Origin: Candidatus Poribacteria bacterium
GTDB taxonomy: Bacteria; Poribacteria; WGA-4E; WGA-3G
Direction of reading: 5' to 3'
NCBI GenBank assembly: GCA_963668035.1
Contig: OY764073.1
Span: forward strand, 3,138,930 to 3,202,929
DNA: 64,000 nt
The translations under genes were made by a program, and so were the position numbers. Positions 60,436-64,000 of this stretch are shown here, one piece after another. Position 1 is the stretch's first letter; every line of letters starts with the position of its first letter. The notes beneath the pieces were generated by a model. It did not search any database and was not told the DNA's origin. It was given only the letters and a program-made list of their open reading frames with translations.

Positions 60436-60575
60436 ATTAAAATTATACCACTATTTAACAAGTAATTCAAATTTATTTTCTCGAGTTTTGGATTTTTCCG
60501 ACTTTTCGCGGATTAGAGCATACACATAAAACCTATCCAAGAATGGAAAAACTTTACCAAAGTGGCGCTTACGAA

Positions 60576-62294
60576 TCACTCACCAAAGATGTCCTCGTGC
60601 AGCTCGTCATAAACCTTCATGCCGGGTTGAACAAGCGGGGCAAGAATATCTCTCATGAAACTTTCTGCTGTATCCCCACTATGAACTAACCCTAAAATTT
60701 CCTCTGCTTGCTGCTGAATACGTTGAACAATAGGTCGCCGTTTGTCGTGAATCTCATCATTTTTCATGACCTTTTCGATTTCTCTATCCTTCGCCTCAAG
60801 AAAATCCTGGATCTTATCAGATTTCCCTTCACGCACACACAACTGTGTCAACACCTCATTATCTATGAGGTACTTTTCAATATATTTGCGCGATAAAGTC
60901 CGGATCCCCTTTTCGGCGTTATTTGCTATATCCTGCTCGGTTGCGCGGTCTCTATCTCGGAGCCTGAGGATCCCTGCACCCCCGGCAATTGCCTTAATGA
61001 CAGGAATCAAATGTGTGTCAGTTTTGTCTACATCTCCCCTTCCACCGACGGAAACAAAACGTGTATCAGGATAATGGCTCCCAAAAATCTGATTATAGCA
61101 GGCAGCATCAAAGCCTTTGGTAGGATCTTGTGCCTTGCTTTCACAGAGCACAATCCGCTGAGGTGCTATCAATTCAGCAAGGTCACCGAGAGCAACTTCA
61201 TAGGTTTGTGCCCAGAAGTTTGGATCGGGAGTGACGGGGGTAAGTGTTACCGGTTCGTCAAAATCGTGACCACCGAAATCAAGAAATACAACCGAACCTG
61301 GATCTTCACGCCAGAGGTCTCGCGCTTTGCGGACCATGCCGATGGAATGTGTGGCAATCCAAAGTTGAGAGGTGTCAGGGATAAGGTGGTAGAGTTCTTC
61401 CAGAAGCTGACCCTGAAGTTTCGTATGGATATGGGCTTCTGGTTCGTCAATGCAAATTATCATTTCATCGTCCTCAGTCTTCGTGACGATAACATCCAGA
61501 AGTAAGTCCAATGCAGCCTTCTCACCGCTTGCCAGATTCTGATATGTAAACCTCTCACTTGTCCCCTTATCAAATTCAAAAAGGTCACCATCTGTGGGAT
61601 GTCCAAGGCTCCTTAAAACTAATGGTGGATCGGTGAATAGTCTACGCATTGCGTCCCGGAGTTCACCAAAAAGTTCGTTTTGAAGATCGGTTAAATTTTG
61701 GTCACTTTCTCCAATTTCTGAGCTACGTTCTAACCATTGAGAAGCCAAATACCAACAGTTTAATGCAAAAGTCTGATCGTTCTCCGTGAGCCGAACAAGG
61801 CTGCCTTCCTGCAATGGATCATGTCTACTAACAATGGGAGGTTGAGTCACTGAATAGTTCCTGTACGCGGAACGGACATGCATAATTTTTTCCCACTCGC
61901 GCGTTAACCCTTTACCATGAAATTCCATTTTTAAATCATCGCCTAAACGGTATAGCGGGTTAATAAGCGTAGCAGTAAAATAAGAGGACCTTCTGTCATT
62001 TAGGGTTTGATTTAAGGATCCGTAGTAAGAATAACGATGTCTTCTTTCATCAGATTTGAAATAGTACTCCAGAAGTTGGTAATCGTCATCCGATATTATC
62101 CCTTGATCCGATATTATCCCTTGACCGACAGCATTGGGGAAACAGTCCCACAGTTTTAGTGCATCAAACACCGAAGATTTACCACACCCATTCGGACCTA
62201 TCATCACCACGAGCTTTGCTGTTTCAGGCAACCCTTCAATAGTCAAATCCGTGAAGCGTTTGAAATCCTTTAGCTCAATCGATTTTATCTTCAT
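60576..62294 (-). CDS. OLD-family-like protein: N-terminal ABC/SMC-type ATPase with a C-terminal Toprim/DUF4435-like domain.
   Basis: Walker A GPNGCGKSS, signature-like LASGEKAAL, Walker B ICIDEPEAHIH, H-loop IATHS. C-terminal RIVLCESKAQD...FDAACY...GGRGDVDKTD...RLRDRD (E...D, DxD). Its ATG lies 5 nt after the MTase stop. Confidence 0.75.
   Translation of the reverse strand: MKIKSIELKDFKRFTDLTIEGLPETAKLVVMIGPNGCGKSSVFDALKLWDCFPNAVGQGIISDQGIISDDDYQLLEYYFKSDERRHRYSYYGSLNQTLNDRRSSYFTATLINPLYRLGDDLKMEFHGKGLTREWEKIMHVRSAYRNYSVTQPPIVSRHDPLQEGSLVRLTENDQTFALNCWYLASQWLERSSEIGESDQNLTDLQNELFGELRDAMRRLFTDPPLVLRSLGHPTDGDLFEFDKGTSERFTYQNLASGEKAALDLLLDVIVTKTEDDEMIICIDEPEAHIHTKLQGQLLEELYHLIPDTSQLWIATHSIGMVRKARDLWREDPGSVVFLDFGGHDFDEPVTLTPVTPDPNFWAQTYEVALGDLAELIAPQRIVLCESKAQDPTKGFDAACYNQIFGSHYPDTRFVSVGGRGDVDKTDTHLIPVIKAIAGGAGILRLRDRDRATEQDIANNAEKGIRTLSRKYIEKYLIDNEVLTQLCVREGKSDKIQDFLEAKDREIEKVMKNDEIHDKRRPIVQRIQQQAEEILGLVHSGDTAESFMRDILAPLVQPGMKVYDELHEDIFGE
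62089..62124 (-). repeat. Perfect 18-bp in-frame tandem duplication inside the ATPase gene (it encodes QGIISD twice).
   Basis: tccgatattatcccttga occurs twice in tandem. Confidence 0.85.
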
Positions 62295-62299
62295 ATATC

Positions 62300-64000
62300 T
62301 TACGCCTCCTTATCTTCAACGCCATAGAGTGCTGCAACTTTCTTATCCAATTTCTTTTCAAGACGAACTACCTTTCTCTCAAGACCTTTCCGCTTGGCAG
62401 CAAGAATCTTATCAACTACTTCAACAACCGGTGCCTGCTGCTCAGCCGACACATCCGGGATCGGTAGTTTTTTCCAATCGTCAGGGTAGAGACGAATATT
62501 GTGGCGGCGATTTTCCCTCAAAAAGTTACCAGGAACAGTAGAATTCATCACACCCAATAGGAATTTTAGAGAAAACCGGTTACTGGTTTGCTCCAGTTCC
62601 TCCCGTTGCGGTAAATCTGGACGTTTCGGTTTTTCGTCACGATAACGTGTCCGTTGTTTAATCGATCTGTTCCGGACCCCTGCTAAGCTGTGCCATGGGA
62701 TAAAACAGTATGCTGAATCGTTGTGATAGAGAAATTGATTGTCATAAGCAACGCGTAATTTTTCCACATTAGCAGCTATGGTAATTGAGATTAACTTTTC
62801 TTCAACTTCATATAATTCCGGGAATGTTCGGCGACGAAACAAGGCAGGCGCGCGTGCTGTCCCCCATTCTAACCATTTATTCCGATCAGGCAGCCACCGT
62901 GCAAGATACTTCCCTTCTACAAACGGTTTCGGATGGCGTTCATCCCTTACGTCTGAAACGACATCTCTCAAACCAAATTCGCCATGTGCCCTTTTTTCAT
63001 CGCCATGTACAACCATACCGACACTAATATAGCAAATTTGGTCAAGCGTTATTGTTGGAACTGTGAATTGCTGTGCAACGGCATCTTCAGGAAAAAAAGT
63101 CCGTTGCGTCAGGTTCTGTTGTTCGTCCGTTGGTAAAAGATGCACTGCACCAAATACAGGGTCATGTACACGCCGTTCAGGCTTGTTATCGCTCCCCTCC
63201 GCTTGTTGAAAAAGATAGATAACATTTTTCACAGAAGCTTCAAAAATCTGAATCTTGCCGAGGAAATCAAGCCTCCGTATCTTGCTTTTATTCAGAAACC
63301 ACGCTTGCGATTTCAAGGCGTACTTCGCATGGCAATAGGCATCAGAGACAATCAACGTTGTAAAACCGCCGGGCTTGAGCAGTCTGTAACTCCGTTCAAT
63401 AAACGGGATATACAGATCCCACTTCTCATAAAGCGTCTCATACTGTTTGCTGTCCTTAATCTCCTGACGCATTACCCTAATTTTTTCTCGCAATATAGGG
63501 TCATTTCCGCCTGCATCTGCCCTGACATAAGGCGGATTGCCAATCGTAATATCAAATCCATCCGTGATACCGAACATCCACTCCGGATCGAAGAAACCCG
63601 CTGCAGCATTCTGGTTATACGGATCCCACTCAGCAATGCGTTTTGCCTCGGCAATCCCTACCGTGAGTTTCGCCTCGCGCACCTCGTATGCCTTTTCCAA
63701 TTTTTCCCGTAATTGTCGTTGGGCTCGCGCCTTCGGGACCTGTTCTACCCATGCCGAGATTCTGTTTTGCTCCTGCTGGCACCACGTCTCATGCTCCGTT
63801 GCTAATACGTCCGCCAATTGCTCCCGGTACTTCTCCTCATCTTCTATATATTGCAACTTGACTTGACGGTTGTTCTCGCTGAAATACCTGACACGGATCC
63901 TCTCAATCTCCTGCCGTAATTGTTGAATGATGTCATTGTCCAGCAACAACTGTACGTCAGGTTCGCTCAATTCCTTCAAACCGATAAGCGTATTCGCAGA
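62300..64000 (-). CDS. N6-adenine DNA methyltransferase (gamma-class/Eco57I-like, NPPY motif, TaqI_C-like C-terminal target-recognition region). The 5' end is cut by the window edge.
   Basis: Motif IV ITIGNPPYV; motif I is not present in-window. The reading frame stays open to position 64000, so the N-terminus lies beyond the window. Confidence 0.75.
   Translation of the reverse strand, partial: SANTLIGLKELSEPDVQLLLDNDIIQQLRQEIERIRVRYFSENNRQVKLQYIEDEEKYREQLADVLATEHETWCQQEQNRISAWVEQVPKARAQRQLREKLEKAYEVREAKLTVGIAEAKRIAEWDPYNQNAAAGFFDPEWMFGITDGFDITIGNPPYVRADAGGNDPILREKIRVMRQEIKDSKQYETLYEKWDLYIPFIERSYRLLKPGGFTTLIVSDAYCHAKYALKSQAWFLNKSKIRRLDFLGKIQIFEASVKNVIYLFQQAEGSDNKPERRVHDPVFGAVHLLPTDEQQNLTQRTFFPEDAVAQQFTVPTITLDQICYISVGMVVHGDEKRAHGEFGLRDVVSDVRDERHPKPFVEGKYLARWLPDRNKWLEWGTARAPALFRRRTFPELYEVEEKLISITIAANVEKLRVAYDNQFLYHNDSAYCFIPWHSLAGVRNRSIKQRTRYRDEKPKRPDLPQREELEQTSNRFSLKFLLGVMNSTVPGNFLRENRRHNIRLYPDDWKKLPIPDVSAEQQAPVVEVVDKILAAKRKGLERKVVRLEKKLDKKVAALYGVEDKEA

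Noticed and set aside
1-64000. CRISPR arrays or rRNA genes
   Set aside because: No run of regularly spaced identical repeats and no rRNA-like conserved segments were seen. The tandem repeats found here (30-bp, 63-bp, 108-bp, 18-bp) lack spacer/repeat alternation of CRISPR type.

Overview
This 64 kb window is bacterial chromosome with moderate GC, dense coding and about 60 supportable genes. Two tandem ECF-sigma/TM/WD40 fusion genes, a dockerin domain and many secreted beta-propeller lipoproteins point to a Planctomycetes/PVC-like or related candidate-phylum organism; this is inference. Housekeeping genes, in order: an S58 (DmpA-type) peptidase, an isolated EF-G paralog, an MDR oxidoreductase, HtrA/DegP, tRNA-Pro(GGG) followed by hom, a yceD-rpmF-fabH-fabD-fabG-acpP-fabF cluster that lacks plsX, folK, sucC-pgk-proS-sucD (the succinyl-CoA synthetase genes are split), panB, trpE-trpG, hisI, ggt, a BMP-family lipoprotein, a murK-like kinase with murQ, and a selenium-binding protein. 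Accessory and unusual content follows. (1) A sigma70 promoter, cobalamin riboswitch and attenuator terminator lead a three-gene operon (38.4-43.9 kb). It encodes a secreted YVTN-type beta-propeller with dockerin, a lipoprotein-domain/6-7 TM membrane protein, and a PQQ-like beta-propeller, with no canonical btuB/btuCDF; this is my top candidate for an undescribed corrinoid-acquisition system. (2) A defence-like cluster lies at the 3' end (57.8-64 kb). It holds a 5'-truncated NPPY N6-adenine methyltransferase, a tightly coupled OLD-family-like ABC-ATPase/Toprim protein, a dGTPase-like HD hydrolase, a 194 aa unknown and a small HD protein. (3) A family of ~170 nt intergenic inverted-repeat elements built from TCAGTTA-like heptads occurs three times, each inside a co-directional gene pair. 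(4) An AAA-ATPase/PD-(D/E)xK gene is inserted at the folK 3' end, with a diverged ~75 bp duplication of the folK terminus. (5) A 494 aa glycine-zipper protein of unknown function has a small downstream partner. (6) A repeat-rich zone (34.1-38.4 kb) carries dispersed hairpin repeats, a frameshifted IS4-type transposase and a ~310 bp palindromic MITE-like element. No CRISPR array or rRNA was seen. All coordinates come from reading the sequence. No database search was run.
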